This document shows positions 8,674 to 17,873 of a DNA stretch of 64,000 nt, in pieces. Each line of letters opens with the position of its first letter. Positions within the stretch are counted from its first letter, which is position 1. Source of the DNA: Bryobacterales bacterium (GTDB lineage: Bacteria; Acidobacteriota; Terriglobia; Bryobacterales; Bryobacteraceae); contig CAVUVG010000009.1 of assembly GCA_963744775.1 (NCBI GenBank), forward strand, positions 612-64,611. The letters run 5' to 3'. The notes under the pieces were generated by a model. The model was not told the DNA's origin. It searched no databases and saw only the letters and a list, made by a program, of their open reading frames with translations. A program made the position numbers and the translations under genes.

Positions 8674-9136
8674 GCCCCTCGGGCAACCGCCGGACGATCT
8701 GGCCGGCGGTCGCGGCAAGCAGTTCCTTTATGGTGCGCTTGAGCAGCGGATGGCGTAGTTCCGGCGCCAGTTCGGCAAGCGGCTCCAGCACGAATCTTCG
8801 CTCAGCCAGGCGCGGGTGCGGGATGACCAGGCTGGCGGAATCGATCACGGCGTTCCCGAACAGCAGGATGTCGATGTCGATGGTGCGCGGACCTTTGGCG
8901 AGCGTCCGCTTCCTGCCCAATTGACGCTCGATCTTGTGAATCCGCGCCAGCAACTGCATCGGGAAGAGATCGGTTTCCGCCTCCGCCACCAGGTTCAGAA
9001 ACCACGGCTGATCCTTAACATCCTGAGGCTCCGTTTCGTAAACCGATGAAATCTTGGTCAGGCGCAAGTCAGGCGCCTTGAGCAGGGTCAGGGCATCCCG
9101 AAGCATCTGGTCCCGGTCTCCGACGTTGGACCCCAA
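8660..9136 (-). CDS. folK: 2-amino-4-hydroxy-6-hydroxymethyldihydropteridine diphosphokinase (HPPK)
   Basis: GSNVGDR, SSVYETEP, GPRTIDIDILLF and IPHPRLAERRFVLEPL are HPPK motifs. An ATG encoding MKTVYLSLG sits just upstream (about 9160) in another frame; one extra G in a GGGG run separates the two. The true start is therefore either TTG 9136 or the ATG with a 1-nt indel. Confidence 0.85.
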   Translation of the reverse strand: MGSNVGDRDQMLRDALTLLKAPDLRLTKISSVYETEPQDVKDQPWFLNLVAEAETDLFPMQLLARIHKIERQLGRKRTLAKGPRTIDIDILLFGNAVIDSASLVIPHPRLAERRFVLEPLAELAPELRHPLLKRTIKELLAATAGQIVRRLPEGPTAS

Positions 9137-9161
9137 GCGAGAGATAAACAGTCTTCATGGT

Positions 9162-10193
9162 TTAGAACAGTGTCCGCTGCGGGCCGCGAAAGCGGCGGGG
9201 CACCTGGAAATGCTCAAAGGCCTTGTCGGTGGCCACCCGGCCGCGGGGCGTGCGGTCGATGAAGCCGAGTTGGAGCAGGTACGGCTCGTAGACCTCCTCG
9301 ATGGTGTCCGGCTCCTCGTCGACGGAGGCGCTGATGGTGTTCAAGCCCACCGGCCCGCCGGCGTATTTCTCGAGGATGGTCAGCATGATCTTCTGGTCGA
9401 TTTCATCCAGGCCGAAGGGGTCCACTTCCAGAAGATCGAGGGCCGTCCTGGCCACGCCGGCCGTGACGTGGCCGTCGGCCCGCACCTGGGCGTAGTCGCG
9501 GACGCGGCGCAGCAGCCGGTTGGCGATCCGGGGAGTGCCGCGGCTGCGCCGGGCGATCTCTTCCGTGCCTCCTGCATCGATCTCCACGCCCAACAGCCCC
9601 GCGGAACGCACCACGATCCTCTCGAGTTCCTGCACGTCGTAATGGTTCAGCCGGAGCACCAGCCCGAACCGGCCGCGCAGCGGCGCGCTCACCAGGCCCT
9701 GCCGCGTGGTGGCTCCGATGGCCGTGAAGTGCGGCACCGGGAGGGAGTGCGTGCGCGCACCCGGGCCGGAGCCGATCAGAATGTCGACGCGGAAATCCTC
9801 GAGCGCGGCATAGAGCATCTCTTCCACGTCCGGCAGCAGCCGGTGGATCTCGTCGATGAAGAAGACCTGGCGCGCACGGATGTTGCTGAGAATGCCGGTG
9901 AGATCGAGCTTCTTTTGCAGGATGGGGCCGGAGGTCTGCTCGAAGCCGACGGCCAGCTCGTTGGAGATGATGGTAGCCAGGGTCGTCTTGCCGAGCCCCG
10001 GCGGGCCGTACAGCAGAACGTGGTCCATCGCCTCGCCGCGCTGGCGCGCCGCTTGGATGGCGATGGCGAGGTTCTCCTTCAGCTTGGCCTGGCCGGTAAA
10101 CTCCTCCAGGCGCGTAGGCCGCAGGCTGGCCTCAAACTGGCTCTCTTCGGCCTGGGCGGAAGGAGAGACGATTCCCTTTTCGCGCATTGGCAA
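9162..10193 (-). CDS. ruvB: Holliday junction DNA helicase RuvB
   Basis: 343 aa with Walker [20 protein letters not shown] and other typical RuvB sequence throughout. Confidence 0.95.
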   Translation of the reverse strand: MPMREKGIVSPSAQAEESQFEASLRPTRLEEFTGQAKLKENLAIAIQAARQRGEAMDHVLLYGPPGLGKTTLATIISNELAVGFEQTSGPILQKKLDLTGILSNIRARQVFFIDEIHRLLPDVEEMLYAALEDFRVDILIGSGPGARTHSLPVPHFTAIGATTRQGLVSAPLRGRFGLVLRLNHYDVQELERIVVRSAGLLGVEIDAGGTEEIARRSRGTPRIANRLLRRVRDYAQVRADGHVTAGVARTALDLLEVDPFGLDEIDQKIMLTILEKYAGGPVGLNTISASVDEEPDTIEEVYEPYLLQLGFIDRTPRGRVATDKAFEHFQVPRRFRGPQRTLF

Positions 10194-10205
10194 CCGATCT
10201 CCAGC

Positions 10206-10802
10206 TTAACGTATCAATTCCATCGCGCGGCGGAAGAACTGCTCGAACCCCTCGGCAGGGCCCTGGGCCTTGGCCTTCCGGACGGCGGCTTCCGCGGCGG
10301 GGCGCGCACAGCCCAGGTTGACGAGGGCGCTCAGCACGTCCTGATCCAGCGCCGACAGGGCAGGGGACTGGGCCGCCGCAGCGCCCGCGCCGGCGCCCAG
10401 CATCTCCAGTTTGTCCCGCAATTCCAGCACGATTCTCTCCGCCGTCTTCTTCCCCACGCCGGGGATCCGGACCAGTTGTTCCACCAAGCCTTGGCGGATC
10501 GACGCGATCAAGTCCGCCACGGGCAGGCCGGAGAGCACCGTGACCGCGAGCTTGGGGCCGATGCCGCTCACGCCGATCAGCTTTTCGAAAAGCGTCTTCT
10601 CCTCGGCGGTGAGAAAGCCGTAGAGCGAAAGCGCATCCTCCCTAACGTGGGTATGAATGCGCAGCCGCACTTCCGATCCGGCCGCCGGCAGAGCCGAGAA
10701 GGTGGAGATGGGAATGATGACGTCATAGCCCACCCCGCCGGCGTCCAAGATGACCTGGTTGGGGTGCTTCTCGAGAATGGTTCCACGAAGATGCGCGATC
10801 AT
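10206..10802 (-). CDS. ruvA: Holliday junction DNA helicase RuvA
   Basis: MIAHLRGTILEKHPNQVILDAGGVGYDV..., HhH region GVSGIGPKLA and IPGVGKKTAERI. Located immediately upstream of ruvB. Confidence 0.95.
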   Translation of the reverse strand: MIAHLRGTILEKHPNQVILDAGGVGYDVIIPISTFSALPAAGSEVRLRIHTHVREDALSLYGFLTAEEKTLFEKLIGVSGIGPKLAVTVLSGLPVADLIASIRQGLVEQLVRIPGVGKKTAERIVLELRDKLEMLGAGAGAAAAQSPALSALDQDVLSALVNLGCARPAAEAAVRKAKAQGPAEGFEQFFRRAMELIR

Positions 10803-10823
10803 AACTGGCGTACATTATTCTAC

Positions 10824-11556
10824 ATGGCCAGGCGGCGGTTCTTTGTGGCGGCGGTGCGAGGCGGCGGCGCCGAGTTGACGGGTGAGACGGCGGACCACCT
10901 GCGCCGGGTTCTCCGGGCGGAAGCCGGGCAGCAGTTCGAGATCTCCGACAACCAGTGCGTGTACCTCGCCGAGATCGATGGCTTCAAGAAGGGCTCCGTC
11001 TCGTTCCGCGTGCTCGAAAGGATCGAAGCCCAGGCCCCGCCGGTTCGTCTCACTCTGCTCGCTTCGCTGATCAAGTTTGACCGTTTCGAGTGGATCGTGG
11101 AGAAAGCGACCGAACTGGGGGTCGAGACCATGCGTTCCGGTCATCGCCGAGCGCAGCGAGAAGGGACTGGGCCAGGCGGCCACTAAGAGAGTGGAGCGTT
11201 GGCGGCGGATCGCTGTGGAGAGCAGCCAGCAGGCGCGGCGGGATCGCCTGCCTGAAATCGGTTCCTGCATCGCCTTGGCAGAGGCGCTGACGGCGCCGGC
11301 CCGCTATCGCTACTTTCTGGAAGAGGAGCGGGGCGCGGCGCCGCTGCTGGCCGCGCTGCCGGAGCTTGCCCGGCGCTCGCCCGACGACACGGTCTGCCTG
11401 CTGGCGGGGCCCGAAGGCGGATGGACCGCCGAGGAACGCCGGGCGGCTTCGGATCATGGATGGTTGCCGGTCTCGCTCGGTCCGCAGATCCTGCGAACCG
11501 AGACGGCGGTCATCGCCGCGCTGGCCATCATCGGCAACGCGTGGACCGCTTGCTGA
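10824..11556 (+). pseudogene. rsmE: 16S rRNA (uracil1498-N3)-methyltransferase RsmE, interrupted by one +1 frameshift near 11130
   Basis: N-terminal part (MARRRFFV...KFDRFEWIVEKATELGVET) is the tail of listed ORF 9054..11186. The C-terminal part (VPVIAERSEKG...LLAGPEGGWTAEE...LGPQILRTETA) is ORF 11077..11556. The junction gagaccatgcgttccggtc carries one extra base. Confidence 0.85.
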
Positions 11557-11574
11557 CGCGCTACAATCTTCGGC

Positions 11575-12792
11575 ATGGAATCCTACACGCGCAGACAATT
11601 CGTGGCCTCCGCGGGCGTGGCTTCACTCGTCACGGCCCGAGCCTATTCGCAGATCACGGGTGCGGGGGAACGGCTGCGGATCGGCGTCATCGGCTGCGGG
11701 GGCATGGCCACCGAGCACATGAAGTCCCTGGTGAAGATGCGCGAGGCGGACAACATCGAGATTGCGGCTGTTTGCGACGTCTTCGACAAGCGCGCCGAGG
11801 CCGCGGCGCAACTGACCGGCGGGCGGCCGATCAAGGACTATCGACGGCTGCTGGATGATAAGGATATCGACTATGTTCTGATCGCCACGCCCGAGCACTG
11901 GCACTACCAGATGGCGCTCGACGCGGTCGCGGCGGGAAAGCACATCTACTGCGAGAAGCCCATGACCCAAACCTGCGAGCAGTCCAAGCGACTGGTCGCC
12001 AGGGTCAAGGCGTCGCGCGTCAAGATGCAGGTCGGCGTGCAGGGCATGTCGGACGACTCCTACGAGGCCGCCAACCGGTACATCCAACAGGGGGTCTTAG
12101 GGCCTGTCGTGCTCGCGCAGATCGACTACAGCCGGAATCACAAAGACGACATGTGGATGTACGACATCGATCCCGACGCCCGTCCCGGCGTGAACCTGGA
12201 TTGGAAGGCGTGGCTGGGGCCCGCGCCCAAGCGCGCTTGGGACCCGGAGCGCTATTTTCGCTGGCGCCGATATTGGGACTATTCGGGAGGGATCGCCACC
12301 GACCTGTTCATCCACCGCGTGACGCGCATCATCAAGGCCCTGGGGCTGACGTTCCCCGAGCGCGGCGTGGGGTCGGGCGGCAAGTGGTACTTCAAGAAGG
12401 CGGAGGTGCCGGACACTTTCAACATCATGCTGGACTACCCGGGCGGCCCCACGGTGCTGCTGGTTTCCTCGATGGCCAACGACACCGCCGTCGAGCACGT
12501 GCTGCGCGGGCACAAGGCCACGCTGACCTTCACGCGGACAGGCTTTGTCATCCGGCCGCAGAAGCTGTTCGAGGGCGAAGGGCAGGCGGTCGAATTCAAG
12601 AAGACGGGCGCCGAAAGCACCGAACTGCACCACCGCAACCTGATGCACGCGATCCGCCTCAACGAGCCTCTCAACTGCGACTGTGAGCTGGGCTACTACG
12701 GCGTGGTGGCCTGCGAGATGGGTGTTCTCTCCTTCCGGAGACAGCGCTATCTCAAGTGGGACAGGGGCGCGCAGCGCATCGCGAGAGCGTAG
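11575..12792 (+). CDS. Gfo/Idh/MocA-family oxidoreductase with twin-arginine-type leader
   Basis: [25 protein letters not shown] leader, Rossmann motif [12 protein letters not shown], and EKP motif (YCEKPM). Confidence 0.85.
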   Translation: MESYTRRQFVASAGVASLVTARAYSQITGAGERLRIGVIGCGGMATEHMKSLVKMREADNIEIAAVCDVFDKRAEAAAQLTGGRPIKDYRRLLDDKDIDYVLIATPEHWHYQMALDAVAAGKHIYCEKPMTQTCEQSKRLVARVKASRVKMQVGVQGMSDDSYEAANRYIQQGVLGPVVLAQIDYSRNHKDDMWMYDIDPDARPGVNLDWKAWLGPAPKRAWDPERYFRWRRYWDYSGGIATDLFIHRVTRIIKALGLTFPERGVGSGGKWYFKKAEVPDTFNIMLDYPGGPTVLLVSSMANDTAVEHVLRGHKATLTFTRTGFVIRPQKLFEGEGQAVEFKKTGAESTELHHRNLMHAIRLNEPLNCDCELGYYGVVACEMGVLSFRRQRYLKWDRGAQRIARA

Positions 12793-12828
12793 CAGCGCAT
12801 TCTCCCTCTCTTCTTGTTCTGTTGACCG

Positions 12829-12862
12829 CCTACAGGAACATCGAATACACTGTTCCTGTAGG
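12829..12862. promoter_or_regulatory. Perfect 12-bp inverted repeat, candidate PadR operator
   Basis: CCTACAGGAACA-N10-TGTTCCTGTAGG ends 7 nt before the padR ATG. A TTGACC hexamer lies just upstream (12822-12827). Confidence 0.4.
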
Positions 12863-12869
12863 TTACCTA

Positions 12870-13242
12870 ATGAGAAGTGGGCGTACAGATAAGGCGGATG
12901 TTCTCCAGGGCACTTTGATTCTCCTGGTTCTGCGAACGCTGGAGGCGCTCGGGCCGCTGCACGGCTACGGCATTGCGCGCCGGATCGAGCAGATCAGCAA
13001 AGACGTGCTGCAGCTCAACCAGGGCACTCTCTATCCGGCTCTCTTGCGAATGGAGCAGGAAGGATGGATTGCTTCGAAGTGGGGAGCATCCGAGAAGAAC
13101 CGCAAGGCGAGGTTTTACTCCATTACCGCGGCCGGGCGGAGACGACTCGCCAAGGAAACCGAGGATTGGAAGCGTATGTCATCGACGATCGAACGCTTCC
13201 TTGGCTTTGACCCGGGGAGCCTGGCGGAGGAGCAGCGGATGA
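12870..13242 (+). CDS. PadR-family transcriptional regulator (3' end uncertain)
   Basis: LQGTLILLVLRTLEALGPLHGYGIARRIEQISKDVLQLNQGTLYPALLRMEQEGWIASKW is a canonical PadR winged helix. The frame runs without a stop into the permease ATG at 13239. An alternative frame ends in a TGA overlapping that ATG (13240-13242). Confidence 0.75.
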
Positions 13243-15890
13243 GCTGGGCCAGCGTGGTTGCCGCCCGGCTGCGTGGCCTGTTCGAACACAAACGGCTGGA
13301 GCGCGAGCTGGACGATGAAGTTCGCTTTCACCTGGAGATGCAGATTGAGGACAACCTCAAGGCTGGCATGAATCCAGCAGAGGCGCGATATGCCGCACTG
13401 CGCAGCTTTGGAGCCATAGAGCCGATGAAGGAAAGCGTGCCGCGAACGATGGGCATTCGCCCTGGTCGAAACGACAGCGCAGGACATACGCTACGCGCTT
13501 CGGACTCTCCGCAAGAGCCCCGCCTTTACGACGACCGCCGTAGCCACACTGGCGCTGGCGATTGGCGCCAATACCGCAATGTTCAGCGTGCTGAATACGG
13601 TTCTGCTCCGGCCGCTTCCTTATCGAGCCCCAGAACAGTTGGCGATGTTGTGGAGCGAGATTCCGAGTCAGAGCGTGCGCGAAGGCAGGTCGGCATATCT
13701 GAGTGCCGAACAGTGGCGGAGCCAAAGCAAGAGCTTCGAGGACATGGCCGTCTTTGATCCTGTTTCCGTGACGCTCACGAGCGCCGACAGGGGCGGAACA
13801 GATAAGCGCCATCAGGATCTCACCCAACTTCTTTCTTTGCTTGGCGTTCAGCCCTTGCTGGGACGTAGTCTTCTCGGCCGAGGAGGCCGAGCAGCGGCAA
13901 CGTTTGGCCCTGATCAGTCATCGCTTCTGGCAAACTCGTTTCGGAGGCTCGCCCGATGCGATCGGCGCGTCCATCGAGATGGACGGCCTTCCTTCCCGGG
14001 TCATCGGCATCCTTCCCGCGGCCCTGCAATCCGCGCGACTCGACGCGGATGTGTGGGAGCCGCACACGATGTTTCCGGATTGGGAGACCCGGCGCGGCGC
14101 GCTTGGCTCGGGTTCGTGGTTCGTCATGGGGAGACTTCGACCGAACGTAACTGTCGAGCAGGCCCAGGCGGAGATGAGCGCGATCGCGCGCCGTCTCGAC
14201 GAGCGGATGCCGGCGGCCGAGCGGAACCGGGGCATCAGCGTAGTGCCGTTGAGCCTTCATGTGATCGGATCCAGGCCGCGGTTGGCATTGTGGATGCTCA
14301 CAGGCGCGGTTTTTTGTGTTCTGCTCATCGCCGCGGCCAACGTCACGAGCCTCTCGCTGGCGCGCAGCGCCGGCCGCGCCCGTGAAATCGCCATGCGAGC
14401 CGCTCTCGGAGCAAGTCCTGCACGGATCGTGCGGCAGTTGCTCGCCGAAAGTGTGACTCTCGCCGCCATAGCGGGCCTTATAGGGTCATTGCTGGCCTAG
14501 GCGGGCATACGCCTCATCCGGGCCCTCGAGGCCGGGCGACCTGCCTCGCCTGAATGAGGTCAGCCTCGATCCGCGAGTGCTCGGCTGGGCCTTGGCGGTT
14601 TCCCTGCTCACCGGAATCCTGGTTGGACTGGCGCCCGCGATAACTATGTTGCGCCGGAACTTGACGGCCTTCCGGCCAGGAAGGCGGAAGGGGCGTCTCA
14701 GGCGGAGTTGCCACGCGCGGAATCCGCCGCGCTCTCGTGGTGGCGGAATTTGCGCTGGCGATCATTCTGCTGGTCGGCGCCGGCCTGCTGGTCCGAAGCT
14801 GGTGGTCATGTTGAGAGCGTCGATCCGGGATTCAGGACTGAGCGGGTCCTTTCGATGCAGCTCTCCACTGCGGCCTACAGGGCAAATGCGCAACGGGCCA
14901 ATTTCTACAACCGCGTGCTCGAACAGATTGAAGCGCTGCCCGGCGTGGAGAGTGCCGGCATTGTCGGCGATCTTTTCATCGGTGGCAACCCGGAACAGAC
15001 CATCACCACCGAAGGGGACGCCCGAACCATTGCGGCGCGCCTGCGGTTCCGAAGAGACGAGGTTAGCGAGGGATTCTTCAAGGCCATCGGGACTCCTTTA
15101 CTCAGGGGGCGCTTCTTTTCGTTCGAGGACGGGCCGGATTCTCCGCGCGTAGCGATCATCAACGATACGATGGCGCGCCGCTTGTGGCCCGGGCGCGATC
15201 CGGTGGGCAAGAGATTCAAGATCGGCGCCGGGGATTCGGACAGGCCGTGGTTTACAGTCGTCGGAGTTGTGGGCGACATGCGCCGCCAGGGACTGGAGAA
15301 CGAACCGATCCCGCAGATGTTCGAGCCGCTGGCGCAGAATCCTTCCCGGCTCGCGACACTTCTGGTGCGAACGTCCATGGATGACCCGCTGAAGATAGTA
15401 GGGACGATACAAGCTGCCGTGCGCCAGGTGGAAAAGCGCGCGCCGCTCTATGGCGTGACGACCCTGGAGAGACGGCTCGGCGCCTTCCTGACGCAGCGCC
15501 GGTTCCAGACCGCGCTCTTGATTGGATTTTCCGTAGTTGCGCTCCTGATGGCCGCCATCGGGATCTACGGGCTCATCCAGTACTCTGATTGCAACGCGCA
15601 CGCACGAGATCGGTATCCGCATGGCCGTTGGCGCGCAGGCCGGCGAGATCTTCCGCATGATCATCCGTGAGGGGCTGAAGTTGAGCCTGGCTGGTCTGGT
15701 GCTGGGGCTGGTGGGAGCCTTGTGGGTGAGTCAGGCCGGCCGAAGCCTCCTGTTCGGCGTAAGCGCCACCGATCCGTTGACGTTCATTAGTGTTTCGCTG
15801 CTGCTGACCGCGGTCGCCACCGCAGCCTGCTACTTCCCGGCGCGGCGCGCCATGAAGGTCGAGCCCATAGTGGCGCTGCGGCAAGAGTGA
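13239..15890 (+). pseudogene. ADOP-type (MacB/FtsX-like duplicated) ABC permease, with at least 8 frame changes
   Basis: N-terminus MSWASVVAARLRGLFEHKRLERELDDEVRFHLEMQIEDNLKAGMNPAEARYAALRSFG. The remaining pieces are spread over ORFs 13579..14385, 13841..14500, 14577..15152, 14708..15670 and 15621..15890, ending ...ACYFPARRAMKVEPIVALRQE. Confidence 0.8.
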
Positions 15891-15902
15891 CGCGAGTGAA
15901 AG

Positions 15903-17018
15903 TCAGACGGCCAGCACCGCGAGGCTGACGGGTTTGAGGCCGACCGGGACGGTGGTGAACAGCGGCGCCTCGCGCGCGCGACGGGGCACGACGCTGGCCA
16001 GGCGAATCACCGCCATGGTTCCGGAGCGGCGGTTCAGCACCAGGGCGTAGCGGTCGTCGGGTGTGATGGTGACAGACGATGGTTCCGAGCCGACGGCCAC
16101 TACGGCGATGGCCCGGCGGGTGTCGACGTTGATAATGGTCACGTCGCCGGAGGGGGAATTCGTCACGAACAGGTACTCCGGCGAGCGGGAGACCGCCATG
16201 GCGCCTGGAGCGCGCCCCGCGAGGAACGTCTCGGTCACTTCCGTGTAGTAGGGGTTGACGATGACGATTGCGTCCATGCCCTGTCCTGACACGAACATTT
16301 CACCGCCGTCGGATTTGAAGCAGAAGTTCTCCGGCGCCACCGCGACCGACAGGTCCGTGAGCACCTTCCCGCTGAGCGTTTCCATCACCGTGACAACACG
16401 GCGGCCCCGGTCCGCTACCAGCAGGAGGCTCCCGTCCGGTCTGAAACGCGCGGTCCCCATATCGCTGCCGGCGTGAACGGGCTCTCTGGCGCGGCCTGCA
16501 TGAAGGTCCATCAGTCCGACCAGGCCCGCCGTGCCATAGGTCACGGCTCCCATACGTCCGTCCGCCGTCAAATCGAATTCGACCGGAGGAGCAGGGAGCG
16601 GGATGCGCATATCCGGCTGAAATTGTTCCAGGGGGAGCCGCACCAGTTGGCGAGGGTCTTCGGAGAGCACCCAGAGCGTCTGTCCGTCGTGGGAAAGGCG
16701 CATGGAGGTGAGACTGCGTGCGACGCGGGCTCGCCGGCGCACCTCAAGACGCGTGGGATCGATCTCATGCACCAGTCCGCTCTGGGGGGTCAGGGCATAG
16801 ACTGCTTTCCTGGCGAAGCTGGCGACCACCGCTGTGGGGCTCGCTCCCAGGGGGACGTGGCGGGTCAGCACAAATGCGTTCAGATCGACGGCCGCGACAC
16901 CTTGCCCGTCTTCATTGGCCACAAAGGCGTAACCGGGGAAGCCCGCGGCCTTGGGCCGGCACCCCGCGAACAGGGCAAAGGGGGAAATCAAGAGGTCACG
17001 GCGGCTGATCACAAGCAA
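15903..17018 (-). CDS. Beta-propeller repeat protein (YVTN/YncE-like), probable lipoprotein
   Basis: 371 aa. N-terminus ...LISPFALFAGC is lipobox-like. The body has repeated ~40-aa units with V/A-rich strands typical of 7-bladed propellers. Assigned by pattern only. Confidence 0.5.
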   Translation of the reverse strand: MLVISRRDLLISPFALFAGCRPKAAGFPGYAFVANEDGQGVAAVDLNAFVLTRHVPLGASPTAVVASFARKAVYALTPQSGLVHEIDPTRLEVRRRARVARSLTSMRLSHDGQTLWVLSEDPRQLVRLPLEQFQPDMRIPLPAPPVEFDLTADGRMGAVTYGTAGLVGLMDLHAGRAREPVHAGSDMGTARFRPDGSLLLVADRGRRVVTVMETLSGKVLTDLSVAVAPENFCFKSDGGEMFVSGQGMDAIVIVNPYYTEVTETFLAGRAPGAMAVSRSPEYLFVTNSPSGDVTIINVDTRRAIAVVAVGSEPSSVTITPDDRYALVLNRRSGTMAVIRLASVVPRRAREAPLFTTVPVGLKPVSLAVLAV

Positions 17019-17048
17019 ACTATTGTAACTGCTAACCCCCGATTTAGC

Positions 17049-17768
17049 TCATTCGACCGCGATGACGCGCAGCGGAAAAGCATCCAGCCCGCGGACAGGA
17101 ACCGGCAACGCATAGACCTTCACGCGCGGGCGGCTTACGCGGCTGAGGTTGGCCAGGTTTTCGATCAGCGGGATCCCGGCCCGAAACAGGACCAGATGGT
17201 TGACGTTGGCGTGCGTCTTGTCATCGGCGAGTTCCACGCCGCCGGAGTCCACGCCCATCATCTTCATCCCTTGCGCGACCAGCCATTTGAGCGGGGCGGT
17301 GGAAAAGTAGGGAGTCGGTCCCATTCTGCAGAAGACGATGTCTCCCTTCCGGACCCCTCCGGCGGTTCGGGCAGCGTCCTGCACCTGCTGCAGGGTGACC
17401 CCGCCCTCCGCCTTCGCGTTTACGAGATTCAGGATCACCGCGTCGCCGACAAGACGGTCCAGGGGGATCTGGGAAAGGTCCGCCCCATTCTTCAGGCAGT
17501 GGAAGGGGGACTCGATGTGCGTCCCGACATGTCCCATCAGATCCACGTCAGACATCACGTACCATTCCCCCTCCGGCCGCACTTTGCCCGGGATCTCCTG
17601 GAGCGCGTCATGAATGCGGACCACAAATTTCCGCTGCGCATCCGGGGCGGTGGGTTGAATGACCTGGGTCAGATCGATCATTCGCTCTTGCGCCCGGGCG
17701 ATGCCGGCTGGCGTTTGAAATCCTGAAAGCAGCACCGCAATCACCGGGGCCACAAATCTGTTCTGCAT
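17049..17768 (-). CDS. Cyclase-family protein (arylformamidase/kynurenine formamidase-like), secreted
   Basis: The HVGTHIESPFH motif (HxGTHxDxPxH class) is present. Signal-like start MQNRFVAPVIAVLLSGFQTPAGIARAQ at internal ATG 17768. Confidence 0.75.
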   Translation of the reverse strand: MQNRFVAPVIAVLLSGFQTPAGIARAQERMIDLTQVIQPTAPDAQRKFVVRIHDALQEIPGKVRPEGEWYVMSDVDLMGHVGTHIESPFHCLKNGADLSQIPLDRLVGDAVILNLVNAKAEGGVTLQQVQDAARTAGGVRKGDIVFCRMGPTPYFSTAPLKWLVAQGMKMMGVDSGGVELADDKTHANVNHLVLFRAGIPLIENLANLSRVSRPRVKVYALPVPVRGLDAFPLRVIAVE

Positions 17769-17813
17769 ATGCACTCCTTCTCCGCGCTCTCGGTGGACGC
17801 TCCTGAGCACCAC

Positions 17814-17866
17814 TGATTGTACATCCGACCACCCCTGCGGGAAGTTCCCCGCAACTTGTACAATCA
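17814..17866. promoter_or_regulatory. Nested inverted repeats in a divergent promoter region
   Basis: Outer arms TGATTGTACA (17814-17823) and TGTACAATCA (17857-17866) are perfect complements. The inner pair is TGCGGG/CCCGCA. Each outer arm contains a TGTACA palindromic core. Confidence 0.35.
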
Positions 17867-17873
17867 ACCGACG

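Noticed and set aside
9054-10820. First ~590 codons of the 710-aa plus-strand ORF 9054..11186
   Set aside because: It is antisense to ruvB and ruvA, which are unambiguous. Only the segment from ATG 10824 onward (rsmE) has protein-like sequence.
16473-17726. 417-aa plus-strand ORF spanning two minus-strand genes
   Set aside because: It crosses the intergenic gap between the beta-propeller and cyclase genes on the opposite strand and has shadow-ORF composition.
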